DNA from: a bacterium
Lineage (GTDB): Bacteria > JADJOY01
Direction of reading: 5' to 3'
Assembly (NCBI GenBank): GCA_046331705.1
Contig: JAXLQJ010000020.1
Coordinates: 62,001 to 111,242, forward strand
DNA length: 49,242 nt
The notes under the pieces were generated by a model that was not told the DNA's origin, did not search any database, and worked only from the letters and a program-made list of their open reading frames with translations. Below, piece after piece: positions 1 through 9,253 of this stretch (the first letter of the stretch is position 1; the number at the start of each line of letters is the position of its first letter). A program made the translations under genes and the position numbers.

Positions 1-548
1 TTCTCCACGACCGTGCCCATGAGCGTGCCGAGGAGCTCGAGGGTGGGAACGTCGCCCGTCTGGTAGGCGAGCGCCACGGTGCAGCTCAGCGCGAGGGCGC
101 CGATGGTGGCGCGCGACGCGATGAGCGGCACCGCCACCGCGCTCTTCGAGCCCTCGGTCTTCAAGTAGCGGGCGATGGGCAGCAGCGCGTCGAGCTCGCT
201 GCGATTGGTCACGAGCAGCGAACGCTTGCCGCGGATCACCGAGGTGAAGGGCGAGTCCTCGGCGCGGACCCGCGCCACCGGCAGCTCGGTGGTGGTGCCG
301 AGCCGGTCGCCGTCGATCACCAGCACCTCGGGGGAATCGGGCTCGGCGAGCACCAGCGTGACGCGGTCGGCACGGAAGCGAGACCGCACCACCGCCACCA
401 GGTCGCGGAAGAGCTCCGCTTCGTCGACCTCGAGCCGCGCGATGAGCGCGCCCACGCGCCGCAGCATCTCGACCTCGCCGGCGAGGCGCTTGGCGTCGTC
501 GAGGGTGTATGCCGGCAAGCCTGCGCTGCGTTCGCTGCCCTCGAACAC
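1..548 (-). CDS. GAF-domain sensor protein, N-terminal part (runs off the window edge)
   Basis: Not in the ORF track. GTG at 548 immediately follows the TGA of the LuxR gene. My translation MFEGSERSAG...FRADRVTLVL...EGSKSAVAVPLIASRATIGALALS...LELLGTLMGTVVE has GAF-like features and stays open to the edge. Confidence 0.75.
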   Translation of the reverse strand, partial: MFEGSERSAGLPAYTLDDAKRLAGEVEMLRRVGALIARLEVDEAELFRDLVAVVRSRFRADRVTLVLAEPDSPEVLVIDGDRLGTTTELPVARVRAEDSPFTSVIRGKRSLLVTNRSELDALLPIARYLKTEGSKSAVAVPLIASRATIGALALSCTVALAYQTGDVPTLELLGTLMGTVVE

Positions 549-1109
549 TCAGTCACCCCGATTCGGCTCGCCAACGGAAGCGCTGGGCAAGAGCAGGTCT
601 TCGAGAAAGAAGGCCGAGAGGTCGTTGCGACCGGACAACCCGGACTTGCGGTAGAGCGACAGGGATTGCTGGCGCACGGTCTGCTCGTTGGTCTTGCGGA
701 TCGCGGCGATCTCCTTGTGGCTCAACCCCTTGAGCAGCAGCAGGCCGATCTCGCGCTCCGCCGCCGTGAGATTCCAGCGTCCGAACTGGCGGTCGATGGC
801 CTCGCCCAGCCCCTCGAGATAACTGCGCGCTTCCTCGCGCCAGCGCGCGGTCTCCTGGTGGGCGCGGGCCAGATCGCGCTCGAGCTCCACCACGTGCGAG
901 CGGGTCGCCTGCATGTAGCGCCACGAGACCACGATCCCGGACAGCAGCACCACCTCGATCGAGAGCTCGAGCAAGAGATGGGTCCAATGGACCTGTTGCT
1001 GCGCGTCCTCGATCACGTCCGCCCCGATCAGCACGAACAGCACCGTCAAGAACGCGAGCGCGCCGCGGCTCGCGCGCAACCGGGTGCTCGGGGACTCGTC
1101 GATCTCCAC
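549..1109 (-). CDS. Membrane-anchored LuxR-family helix-turn-helix regulator
   Basis: Two N-terminal hydrophobic segments, a coiled coil, then LTAAEREIGLLLLKGLSHKEIAAIRKTNEQTVRQQSLSLYRK (LuxR HTH pattern). GAAGGAAGG lies upstream of the GTG. Confidence 0.85.
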   Translation of the reverse strand: MEIDESPSTRLRASRGALAFLTVLFVLIGADVIEDAQQQVHWTHLLLELSIEVVLLSGIVVSWRYMQATRSHVVELERDLARAHQETARWREEARSYLEGLGEAIDRQFGRWNLTAAEREIGLLLLKGLSHKEIAAIRKTNEQTVRQQSLSLYRKSGLSGRNDLSAFFLEDLLLPSASVGEPNRGD

Positions 1110-1257
1110 GGTGGGGCCTTCCTTCGACCAAGAGGTGGGGCTGGTATCGCAAATCGGCCCGACCGCATCAAGGAGCGGCGCGGCATGCCCACGCCCGGTC
1201 GAACGCCCCCTCGCGCGTTCGGTTGGCGCGTCCCTGCGCGTGGTTCACACTGGCCGC

Positions 1258-3936
1258 ATGAGCACGTCCAGCAAACGCCGCACGCTCTACCTCGTCGACG
1301 GCCCCAACATCGCGTTTCGCGCCTTCTTCGCCATCGGCGGCATGAAGTCGAGCCATGGCCTGCCCACCAACGCGCTCTTCGGCTTCACCAACATGCTGCT
1401 CAAGCTCATCAAGGACGAGCGGCCGGATCATCTCGCGATCGCCTGGGACCCACCCGGAAAGACGCACCGCGAGGAGCGCTACCCGGAGTACAAGGGCACG
1501 CGTCCCGACATGCCCGAGGATCTGCGTGCGCAGATGCCGTATTTCCAGCGCATCGCCGAGGCCTTCGGCATCCCGTTCCTGGAGGTGCCCCGCTACGAGG
1601 CGGACGACGTCATCGCCACGCTCACGCGCCGCCACGAGCACGAGCTGGACGTGGTGATCGTCACCTCCGACAAGGACCTGATGCAGCTCGTGGGCGACCA
1701 CGTGTCGCTGCTCGACACCATGAAGGACAAGCGCATCGGCCGCGCCGAGGTCCAGGAGAAATTCGGCTGCGCGCCCGAGCAGGTGCCCGACGCGCTGGCC
1801 ATCTGGGGGGACACCTCGGACAACATCCCCGGCGTCAAGGGGATCGGCGAGAAGGGCGTGAAGGCGCTGCTGGCGAAATGGGGCAGCCTCGCCGACATCT
1901 ACGCGAATCTCGATCGAGTGGAGCCGGCGGGCACGCGCAAGAAGCTCGAGGCCGATCGGGACAACGCGTACCTCTCGCTCGAGCTGGCCACGGTCGCGAG
2001 CGACGCGCCCGTGGAGGCGAGGATCGAGGATCTGGCGCTCGCGTTCCCGCCGCCGGTGGAGCGCGCGCGCCCGCTCTTCACCGAGCTCGAGTTCCGCGGG
2101 CTGTTGCGCGAGTTCGGCGGCGAGATGGTGTCGATCGATCGCAGCGCCTACCGTCTCGTCACGAGCGCCGACGAGCTGGCCGAGCTCGCGAAGGCGCTGC
2201 GCCGCGCGGATCGGTTCGCCGTCGACACCGAGACCACCTCCCTGCGCGCGCTCGAGGCGCGGCTGGTGGGGCTCTCCTTCTGCTGCGACGACCGGGTCGC
2301 GTGGTACGTGCCCGTCGCGCACCATTACCTCGGCTGCCCGCCGCAGCTCGACTGGGACACGGTCCGCGACGTGCTCGGTCCGCTGCTCGAGGATCCGGAC
2401 AAGGGCAAGGTCGGCCAGAACCTGAAATACGACGTCGAGGTGCTGGGCACGCACGGTGTGGACGTGCGCGGCATCGACGGCGACACCCTGCTCGCCGATT
2501 ACCTGCTCAGCCCGGAACGGCGCTCGCACAACCTCGACGATCTGGCGCTCGTGCACCTCCAGCACCGCATGATCACGTACGAGCAGACGGTGCCGAAGGG
2601 CGAGACGTTCGCGTCGGTACCGGTCGAGCAGGCGCGCGACTATTCCGCCGAGGACGCCCACGTCACGTGGCTCCTCGACAAGCGCTTGGCGCCGCGACTC
2701 GAGAGCGAAGGGCTCGGCACGCTCTACCGCGAGCTCGAGGTGCCGCTGATCCCGGTGCTCGCCCGGATGGAGGCGAACGGGATCGCCGTCGACCGCCGCG
2801 GGCTACGCGATCTCTCGCACGAGCTGGATCGACGCATCGGGGAAGCCGAGGAGGCCTGCTACCGCGCCGCCGGCACCAAGTTCTCGATCGGGTCGGTGCC
2901 GCAGCTGCGCGAGATCCTGTTCGACAAGCTGCAGCTACCGGTGCTCAAGAAGACCAAGACCGGCGCGTCCACCGACGAAGCGGTGCTCTCCGAGCTGGCC
3001 ATCCAGCACCCGCTCCCCCAAGCGATCCTCGACTACCGTTCGCTGGTCAAGCTCAAGAACACCTACGTCGACACCCTGCCCACGCTGATCAACCCACGCA
3101 CGGGCCGCATCCACACGAATTACTCGCAGACCACGGCCGCGACCGGTCGGCTCTCGTCCTCCGACCCCAACCTCCAGAACATCCCCATCCGCACCGCGGA
3201 GGGTCGACGCATCCGACACGCCTTCTGCGCTCCCGAAGGGCGGCTGCTGCTCGCGGCGGACTACTCCCAGGTGGAGCTGCGCGTCCTCGCCCACCTGGTG
3301 GGCGGCAAGGGCGGTTTCGCCGACGCGTTCGCCGCGGGCATCGACGTCCACACCCAGACCGCCGCCGGCATCTTCGGCGTGCCGGTCGAAAGCGTGGACA
3401 AGGAGCAGCGCCGCATCGCCAAGGCCGTGAACTTCGGCATCCTCTACGGACAGGGCGCCCACGGTCTGGCGCAGACCACCGGCATCTCGCGCACCGAGGC
3501 CAAGGAGTATCTGCGCCGCTACGGCGAGCGCTTCCCGGAGGTGGCCGCGTACCAGGCCAGCACCATCGCCACCGCCCGCGAGAAGGGCTACGTCGAGACT
3601 CTCCTCGGCAGGCGCCGGCGGCTCGGGGACCTCACGAGCGGCAGCCAGGTGGATCGGGCCCAGGCCGAGCGCATGGCGCTCAACACGCCCATCCAGGGCA
3701 CGGCGGCGGACCTCATCAAGAAGGCCATGATCGCCATCGATCGCCGGCTCGCGGCCGAGCACCCGGGCCAGCTCATGCTGCTCCAGGTCCACGACGAGCT
3801 GGTCTTCGAGGTCGACGAGAGCCGCGTGGACGCGGTGCGCGAGATGGTGGTCGACGAGATGACCCACGCCATCGAGCTCGCCGTGCCGCTGGTCGTCGAC
3901 ACCGGCGTCGGCCGCCACTGGGACGAGACGGACTGA
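1258..3936 (+). CDS. polA: DNA polymerase I
   Basis: 5'-3' exonuclease (LYLVDG, YEADDVIATL, GDTSDNIPGVKGIG), 3'-5' exonuclease (VDTETT), polymerase motifs A (DYSQVELR), B (RRIAKAVNFGILYG) and C (LQVHDELV). ATG 1258 is preferred to the ORF-track start at 1084. Confidence 0.98.
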   Translation: MSTSSKRRTLYLVDGPNIAFRAFFAIGGMKSSHGLPTNALFGFTNMLLKLIKDERPDHLAIAWDPPGKTHREERYPEYKGTRPDMPEDLRAQMPYFQRIAEAFGIPFLEVPRYEADDVIATLTRRHEHELDVVIVTSDKDLMQLVGDHVSLLDTMKDKRIGRAEVQEKFGCAPEQVPDALAIWGDTSDNIPGVKGIGEKGVKALLAKWGSLADIYANLDRVEPAGTRKKLEADRDNAYLSLELATVASDAPVEARIEDLALAFPPPVERARPLFTELEFRGLLREFGGEMVSIDRSAYRLVTSADELAELAKALRRADRFAVDTETTSLRALEARLVGLSFCCDDRVAWYVPVAHHYLGCPPQLDWDTVRDVLGPLLEDPDKGKVGQNLKYDVEVLGTHGVDVRGIDGDTLLADYLLSPERRSHNLDDLALVHLQHRMITYEQTVPKGETFASVPVEQARDYSAEDAHVTWLLDKRLAPRLESEGLGTLYRELEVPLIPVLARMEANGIAVDRRGLRDLSHELDRRIGEAEEACYRAAGTKFSIGSVPQLREILFDKLQLPVLKKTKTGASTDEAVLSELAIQHPLPQAILDYRSLVKLKNTYVDTLPTLINPRTGRIHTNYSQTTAATGRLSSSDPNLQNIPIRTAEGRRIRHAFCAPEGRLLLAADYSQVELRVLAHLVGGKGGFADAFAAGIDVHTQTAAGIFGVPVESVDKEQRRIAKAVNFGILYGQGAHGLAQTTGISRTEAKEYLRRYGERFPEVAAYQASTIATAREKGYVETLLGRRRRLGDLTSGSQVDRAQAERMALNTPIQGTAADLIKKAMIAIDRRLAAEHPGQLMLLQVHDELVFEVDESRVDAVREMVVDEMTHAIELAVPLVVDTGVGRHWDETD

Positions 3937-3939
3937 GTC
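3698..3939 (+). repeat. Left copy of the 242-bp polA 3'-end direct repeat (attL-like)
   Basis: Aligns without gaps to 15594-15835 with 12 mismatches (manual alignment). Confidence 0.95.
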
Positions 3940-3958
3940 AGCCGCGCGGGTGGCGCGC

Positions 3959-3986
3959 TTGTCCGTGCGGGTTGCCTCGCTATCAT
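3959..3986 (+). promoter_or_regulatory. Putative sigma70 promoter for the enhancer-binding protein gene
   Basis: TTGTCC-16 nt-TATCAT, about 40 nt upstream of ATG 4029. Confidence 0.45.
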
Positions 3987-4028
3987 CGCGGTTGAGACAA
4001 GTTCTTCGACGAGTTGACCCTTCGCCCC

Positions 4029-5669
4029 ATGAAGCCGCCCAACGCTACCAACAGTGTCACACGGATCAACCCCGAATCGGGGTTTCCCGAAATCCGGATT
4101 CCGGCCAGCGCGACGCCTTTCGACGAGAACGCCGACGAGATCGCGCTCGACCAGCTGCGTCGTTCGTACCTGCGCCTCGGTCGCCTCTACGAAGTATCCC
4201 AGTCCCTTCTCGAGCCGCGCGACGCGGAAGGTGTTTTCAACGCCATCGCACGAGCTGTTACCGACCTGGTTGGTGCCGAGCGCGTGCTAATCGCCACGCT
4301 GGAAGGCGAGCACATGACGTGTCGCGCGAGCTGCGGCTTCGATGCTGCGGTCACCGATGTCCTCCCCGTCAGCAAGACGATCGTTGGAACGGTCTTGGCG
4401 ACAGCCGAATCCGTCCTCTCAGCCGATGCCCAGCACGAGGCACAATATCGAGACGCGGCGAGCGTGGTCGTTCAGGGAATTCGCTCCGTGATGTGCTGTG
4501 CGCTGAGACCGCCGCGGGATCGACCCGTCGGATTCGTCTACGCTGACAGCAATCTCACGGACAGGGCGTTCGATCACGAGGATCTTCGGTTTCTGCACGC
4601 GCTCGCACACTACGGCTCTCTGGCCCTGGAGAGCGTGGAGCGACTCGCAACCGAACGCGCGTTGGCGCGAGATCGATCCGAAACCCTATGTGAAGCGTAC
4701 GGACCGGATCACGAGTTCGTCGGGACCAGTGCCAAGAGCCTGGCCGTGATGAATCTCGTTCGACGGGCCGCAGCAAGCAATGCGCCGGTTCTGGTCGTCG
4801 GTGAGACCGGTACGGGCAAGGAGATCGTAGCGCGTGCGCTGCACTGGCACTCTCCGAGGCGCGACGGTCCATTCATCCCCGTGAACATGGGGACCATGCT
4901 CCGCGACACAGCGCTCTCCGAGCTGTTCGGTCACGAGCGCGGCGCGTTCACCGGCGCCCATGCACCGCGCAGCGGCCTTTTTCGCCAGGCCAGCGGCGGG
5001 GTGCTCTTTCTCGACGAGATCACTGCAGCTACACCCGATGTGCAGGTGATGCTCCTGCGAACGCTACAGGAAGCAACGGTGCGACCACTGGGTGGCCGCA
5101 CAGAGGTCAAGGTCGACGTGCGCCTCGTCGCTGCGTGCAACGTCGACATCGAGGAAGAGGTACGAGCCGGCCGGTTTCGCGAGGACCTTTTCTATCGATT
5201 GAACGTGGTCCGCCTCGACCTTCCTCCTCTCCGCGAGCGCCCGGAGGATCTCGAGCTGCTGTTGAACCACTTCCTCACGCGGTTTGCGCCTCATCAACGC
5301 TACGATCCGGCGGCGTTGCGGTTGCTGTGCACGTACTCGTGGCCCGGCAACGTGAGGGAGCTGCGGAACACGGTCGAAAGCCTCACGATCCTCACTCCCG
5401 GTGACGTGATCGGGATCGAGGATATCCCCGACCGAGTGCGTCGCGCGGCACGTCCCGCCCAGCCTACTCCGGCGAGCGGCCCCCTCGAACCCCTCCGCGT
5501 GGCTGTACAACGGCTCGAGCGCGACCACATCCAGAAGGCCCTTCGAGAGACGGCGGGCAACCGCGACCAAGCCGCAGAACTGCTAGGCGTCGGACGAGCC
5601 ACGCTTTACGAGAAGATCAAGCAATACGGGATTGCCTCGTCGCAAACCTCCGATCGCAGCGCGTCCTGA
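4029..5669 (+). CDS. Sigma54-dependent enhancer-binding protein (GAF-AAA+-Fis HTH)
   Basis: GAF region (SKTIV...GIRSVMC...GFVYAD), Walker A GETGTGKE, ELFGHERGAFTGA (intact GAFTGA), LFLDEI, FREDLFYRLNV, WPGNVREL, and HTH GNRDQAAELLGVGRATLYEKIKQYG. Confidence 0.96.
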   Translation: MKPPNATNSVTRINPESGFPEIRIPASATPFDENADEIALDQLRRSYLRLGRLYEVSQSLLEPRDAEGVFNAIARAVTDLVGAERVLIATLEGEHMTCRASCGFDAAVTDVLPVSKTIVGTVLATAESVLSADAQHEAQYRDAASVVVQGIRSVMCCALRPPRDRPVGFVYADSNLTDRAFDHEDLRFLHALAHYGSLALESVERLATERALARDRSETLCEAYGPDHEFVGTSAKSLAVMNLVRRAAASNAPVLVVGETGTGKEIVARALHWHSPRRDGPFIPVNMGTMLRDTALSELFGHERGAFTGAHAPRSGLFRQASGGVLFLDEITAATPDVQVMLLRTLQEATVRPLGGRTEVKVDVRLVAACNVDIEEEVRAGRFREDLFYRLNVVRLDLPPLRERPEDLELLLNHFLTRFAPHQRYDPAALRLLCTYSWPGNVRELRNTVESLTILTPGDVIGIEDIPDRVRRAARPAQPTPASGPLEPLRVAVQRLERDHIQKALRETAGNRDQAAELLGVGRATLYEKIKQYGIASSQTSDRSAS

Positions 5670-5782
5670 TACGGCACCGTCGACGCAGAGCTGTTCATTC
5701 TGCAGACCCTTAGCCATGCGGTCGATTCACGAGCACCCCAGATCTTCCCGTCTCGTGAACCGACCGCCACCGACCATCAAGA

Positions 5783-6091
5783 TCACCGATCGTGATTCTT
5801 CCAACCGCTGTAGATGTTCTGAATCTGATGATTGAGATTCGACGCGCGGTTGCCAACCTCTTCGCGGACTCGACCCCACCGGCGGTCGAACTCCCCGTGC
5901 AAGTACTCGCCGTACTGGTTCTCGCAACGGGCGACGCAGTCGGTGTATAGGGTAGGCGGCTTGCGTTCACAAGCATCGTCGCACGACATCGCTCTTGCGC
6001 TGCTCGGGTTTGTCCCAGCCATCGCTGTGATCGCCGAAGCGAGCATCAACGTCGTGACGACCGTACGCATCCGATTCTTATTCGTGTCCAT
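5783..6091 (-). CDS. Small secreted protein with a twin CX3C motif
   Basis: ATG 6091 has a GAGGGG SD. Signal peptide ends ARA. Mature part begins MSCDDACERKPPTLYTDCVARCEN. A sigma54-like promoter lies upstream. Confidence 0.75.
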   Translation of the reverse strand: MDTNKNRMRTVVTTLMLASAITAMAGTNPSSARAMSCDDACERKPPTLYTDCVARCENQYGEYLHGEFDRRWGRVREEVGNRASNLNHQIQNIYSGWKNHDR

Positions 6092-6155
6092 GACTCGATT
6101 CCCCTCGAGAGCGGCGTTCCTCGCCGCTCGTGGTTGGTGGTTGACAGCACATGAA

Positions 6156-6171
6156 AGCAAGCCTCGCTCCA
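6156..6171 (-). promoter_or_regulatory. Sigma54 -24/-12 promoter
   Basis: Minus strand reads TGGAGCGAGGCTTGCT (GG-N10-GC with TTGCT), 65 nt above ATG 6091. Confidence 0.65.
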
Positions 6172-6251
6172 CCATCGCTCGAGCGCGATGAGTCGACACT
6201 CGGAATGATTTCAAGGAGTGTCCGCCGGCGCCATGTCCGATCAGGCAACCC

Positions 6252-6289
6252 GTCTACGCTGCCAGACTTCGGCGTCCGAGACATCGGAT
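6252..6289. promoter_or_regulatory. Tandem putative enhancer (UAS) palindromes
   Basis: GTCTACGCTGCCAGAC (6252-6267) and GTCCGAGACATCGGAT (6274-6289). Same pattern as at 11287 and 12378. Confidence 0.6.
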
Positions 6290-6690
6290 TCCCGAAGCCA
6301 CCCATTGCACGCGGCCGAGCAAGGCCTCAACACTCCTGCGGTGGATCCGCTCTGCCTGAAACCGTCAGTAGTTCTCGACCGCGTCCTGGACCGATGCCGC
6401 GGCACGAGACGCGCGCTCCCTGCTGCGTGTGCCACAGCACGCGCACCGAGATTTCCCAAGCAGCCCCTGCGGCTCAACGCGCCGGAAGCATCCAGGTCGC
6501 CCGAACCCATCGTCGGCGTGGCCTGGGGGGCGCGCGACGAGGTCTTCGGGCTATTGCATCAGGGCGGCGCGGGTGTAATCGATCGAACTCGCAATCGCTA
6601 GCGCGTCTCGTCAGCTCGCCGTGCCGCCACGCGTGCAACTAGCACGGGCCTGCCGTGCCGGCCGCCGCGAAACACGTCAGGCTCTTTGCG

Positions 6691-9207
6691 CTATGGGCAG
6701 GACACTGACGGGGTCGCCGACGACCATTCGCAAGCAGTGCCCGTCTCGAACCCGCTTTCGAAAGTCAGCACCGCCTCGGACGAGCCAGCACTGCAAGCGG
6801 GTGCGCCATCCTCGACCGTCTCCCCACAGATGCTGGCCCGCATACTCGCCCGCTGGTCCAGATCGTTGCAGGCGTCCTGCTCGTAGTGCGTGTGCGTGCA
6901 TTGCACGCCGTCCACCACCAGCTTGCTGTCCGATTTCAGCAGGTAGGTCTTGGTTGGGCCGCCATTGTACGCGAGGCGAAGCAGGCCAAGGTCCAAGATT
7001 GCGTGGTTGCCATCAACGACCGGGCAGGACGGATCGCCCCACGTGCCTAGGTTCGCCGTCATGCGACCGGAGGGAAACTGACAGGTGCCCTGAATGCCGC
7101 TGTTCCTCAGCAACATCTCACCCGTGGTCTCGATGGCGCTGGCCCCTTGATTCTCGGCGACGATCACGTGTGCGAGCGTCGCGTCGCCCCCATTGGTGAT
7201 TGCGGCACCACTCGGCGCCTCGTTTCCGCTCAGCGTCGAGTTGCGGACGATGAGGTCTCCGCTCCCGTTGGCTAGCCCTCCGCCCTCCCCCTGTGGGGAC
7301 GCGACCGTGTTTTCCGCGAGCAACGAGGCATCGATGATGGCTTGCGGCGCACCGCCGTCCGCGGCAACCAACAATGGCGACTCCACGAAGATGCCGCCCC
7401 CGGCGCTCTCCGCGGTGTTCGCTTCGACCGTAACGCGATCGAGGTGCAGTGAGCCCGAGCCATCTGAGTAGATCCCGCCGCCCTTCGCGCCGGCGCCCGT
7501 CGCTTGATTGCCTACAATCCTGACGTCCTCCAGAGACATATCTGTCGAACTCGCAATCGCGCCGCCATTGCCCTGAACTGACCCACCCGTCATGGTGAAG
7601 CCCGCGAACTTGATTGGCCCCCCTCCACCCTTCGGGTTGAACAAGCGGTCACCCCCGAGGATTTTGATGACTGTGACTGCGACCCCCGCGCCGCGGAGGG
7701 TGAGTGGCTGCCTGATGTCCAAGTCACCGAGCAGCGCATCGTCCTCGTCCGCACCGGGCCGCGTCAGCTCGTAACTCCCTGGCGCGAGAAGGATCGTCGC
7801 AGCATTCGATTGCGCGTTCGCTGCGATCACCGCTTCGCGAAGCGAACAAGCCACACCCGAGATACACCCATCCGGTTCTGGATCGTCAAGTTCGGTCACC
7901 GCGATCGACTCTCGTTCGTCCGCCTGCGCTTCGACGGCACCGGTATCGCAGTGCGCGTCTGAGCGAGGTTTGTTGCGCTGATCCGTTGTCGTGCACGGAC
8001 CGATCCCGGAGTCGACCGCAATGCTGCCGACGTCGAGCGCGTGCGTGCGTGTCGGCCCTCCGTAGTCGCCGATGGGCTTCACGCCAAGGCTGGCGACGCC
8101 GTGGCGGTCATTCGGGGCAAACAACGCGCAGGTGTTTCCGGGACTCTCGATGTTCCCGTCTTGGCTGTGGAACTGGCTCGCCGGCAGACCGCCCGGCGGG
8201 GCTGTGGCACAGTCTCCCTCGATCAGCGTGTTCCGCAGGGTCACCCCGTCTGGTCCGGTGCTTTCCAATGCATCAGCAGCGCCGTCTGCCAGGTTGCCGA
8301 TCAGGCTGCAGTCCGTCAGCGACAGCAACCCTGAGTTCTTGACAGCCGCGGCAAGGGCGGCCCGATTGCCGCTGAACGTCGAGTTGACAGCGTCGAGGGT
8401 CTCGCCAGCGTCGTTGGCGATGGCCCCACCGTGTCGCCCTGGGGTCGAGTTGCCACTGAAGGTCGAACGCGTGATTGTCACAGAAACAAGGCTGCGGTTG
8501 CCATTACCGTTATAAAGACCGCCGCCATCGTTCGCCTGAGGGCCGCCACCTGGAACAGCGACGTTGTCGCTCACCGTAGAATCCACAATCTCGAGATGAA
8601 CGGGCTTGTTCTCGTCGTCCAGATCCACCGTATAGAGGCCGCCGCCTTGGATCGCGGTATTGTCCGTCACAGTGCACCGCGTCAGCGTCAGTACGGCCGC
8701 AGCTGTCTTGATCCCGCCACCGCATGCGTAGCGGCCCGTAGAGCCAGGTGCGCATTTCGAGCTTTCCTGGTCGGCGGGTTCATCGAGCAGCGACACCTCG
8801 CCGCCTCGGATGATGAGATCGCGGAATTCAACGGTTGCCGCGCCCGGACGAACGTCGAAGACGCGATCGATCCTCTGAGCATCGATTACAGCGCCACCGT
8901 TCGAGCCGGGCGGCCCGAGAATTGTGACGGACTCGGATATGTCGAGGTCGCCTGACGCGGAGTCGTTCTCATTGGTGCCGGGCCTCGTGAGAAGGTAGGT
9001 TCCCCCTGGCAAATCAATCTCGTCAGCGCCGCTTGCGGCGTTCGCCGCAATCACCGCCTCGCGTAAGCTGCAGTCCTCCGGAGCACACGCATCGACGGAA
9101 GGGTCATCGAAACGTGTGACAGTGAATGTGGCAGCAATGCTCGCCGGTCCGAGGTGACCGAGGGTCAAGACTGCTACGATCAGCGCGGATGCAGTGCGCA
9201 GATTCAT
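6691..9207 (-). CDS. Secreted CSLREA-domain beta-helix protein (two modules, choice-of-anchor-Q-like)
   Basis: Signal peptide, CSLREAVIAANA twice, GGG-x/N-S-T-x-S-G-N beta-helix repeats, DYGGPTRTHAL...DQR...CDTGAVE, and C-terminal FESGFETG...WS. Confidence 0.9.
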   Translation of the reverse strand: MNLRTASALIVAVLTLGHLGPASIAATFTVTRFDDPSVDACAPEDCSLREAVIAANAASGADEIDLPGGTYLLTRPGTNENDSASGDLDISESVTILGPPGSNGGAVIDAQRIDRVFDVRPGAATVEFRDLIIRGGEVSLLDEPADQESSKCAPGSTGRYACGGGIKTAAAVLTLTRCTVTDNTAIQGGGLYTVDLDDENKPVHLEIVDSTVSDNVAVPGGGPQANDGGGLYNGNGNRSLVSVTITRSTFSGNSTPGRHGGAIANDAGETLDAVNSTFSGNRAALAAAVKNSGLLSLTDCSLIGNLADGAADALESTGPDGVTLRNTLIEGDCATAPPGGLPASQFHSQDGNIESPGNTCALFAPNDRHGVASLGVKPIGDYGGPTRTHALDVGSIAVDSGIGPCTTTDQRNKPRSDAHCDTGAVEAQADERESIAVTELDDPEPDGCISGVACSLREAVIAANAQSNAATILLAPGSYELTRPGADEDDALLGDLDIRQPLTLRGAGVAVTVIKILGGDRLFNPKGGGGPIKFAGFTMTGGSVQGNGGAIASSTDMSLEDVRIVGNQATGAGAKGGGIYSDGSGSLHLDRVTVEANTAESAGGGIFVESPLLVAADGGAPQAIIDASLLAENTVASPQGEGGGLANGSGDLIVRNSTLSGNEAPSGAAITNGGDATLAHVIVAENQGASAIETTGEMLLRNSGIQGTCQFPSGRMTANLGTWGDPSCPVVDGNHAILDLGLLRLAYNGGPTKTYLLKSDSKLVVDGVQCTHTHYEQDACNDLDQRASMRASICGETVEDGAPACSAGSSEAVLTFESGFETGTACEWSSATPSVSCP

Positions 9208-9253
9208 CGTCGCCTCCGGCGAGAGCTCGATAAGAAAAAGACACGAGAAAGGA

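Noticed and set aside
666-3995. 1109-aa ORF overlapping polA
   Set aside because: Arg/Ala/Gly-rich off-frame shadow typical of high-GC DNA. The polA frame has all the conserved motifs.
6290-6690. Short ORFs between the island modules
   Set aside because: No recognisable motif or convincing start. Possibly degraded DNA, but unsupported.
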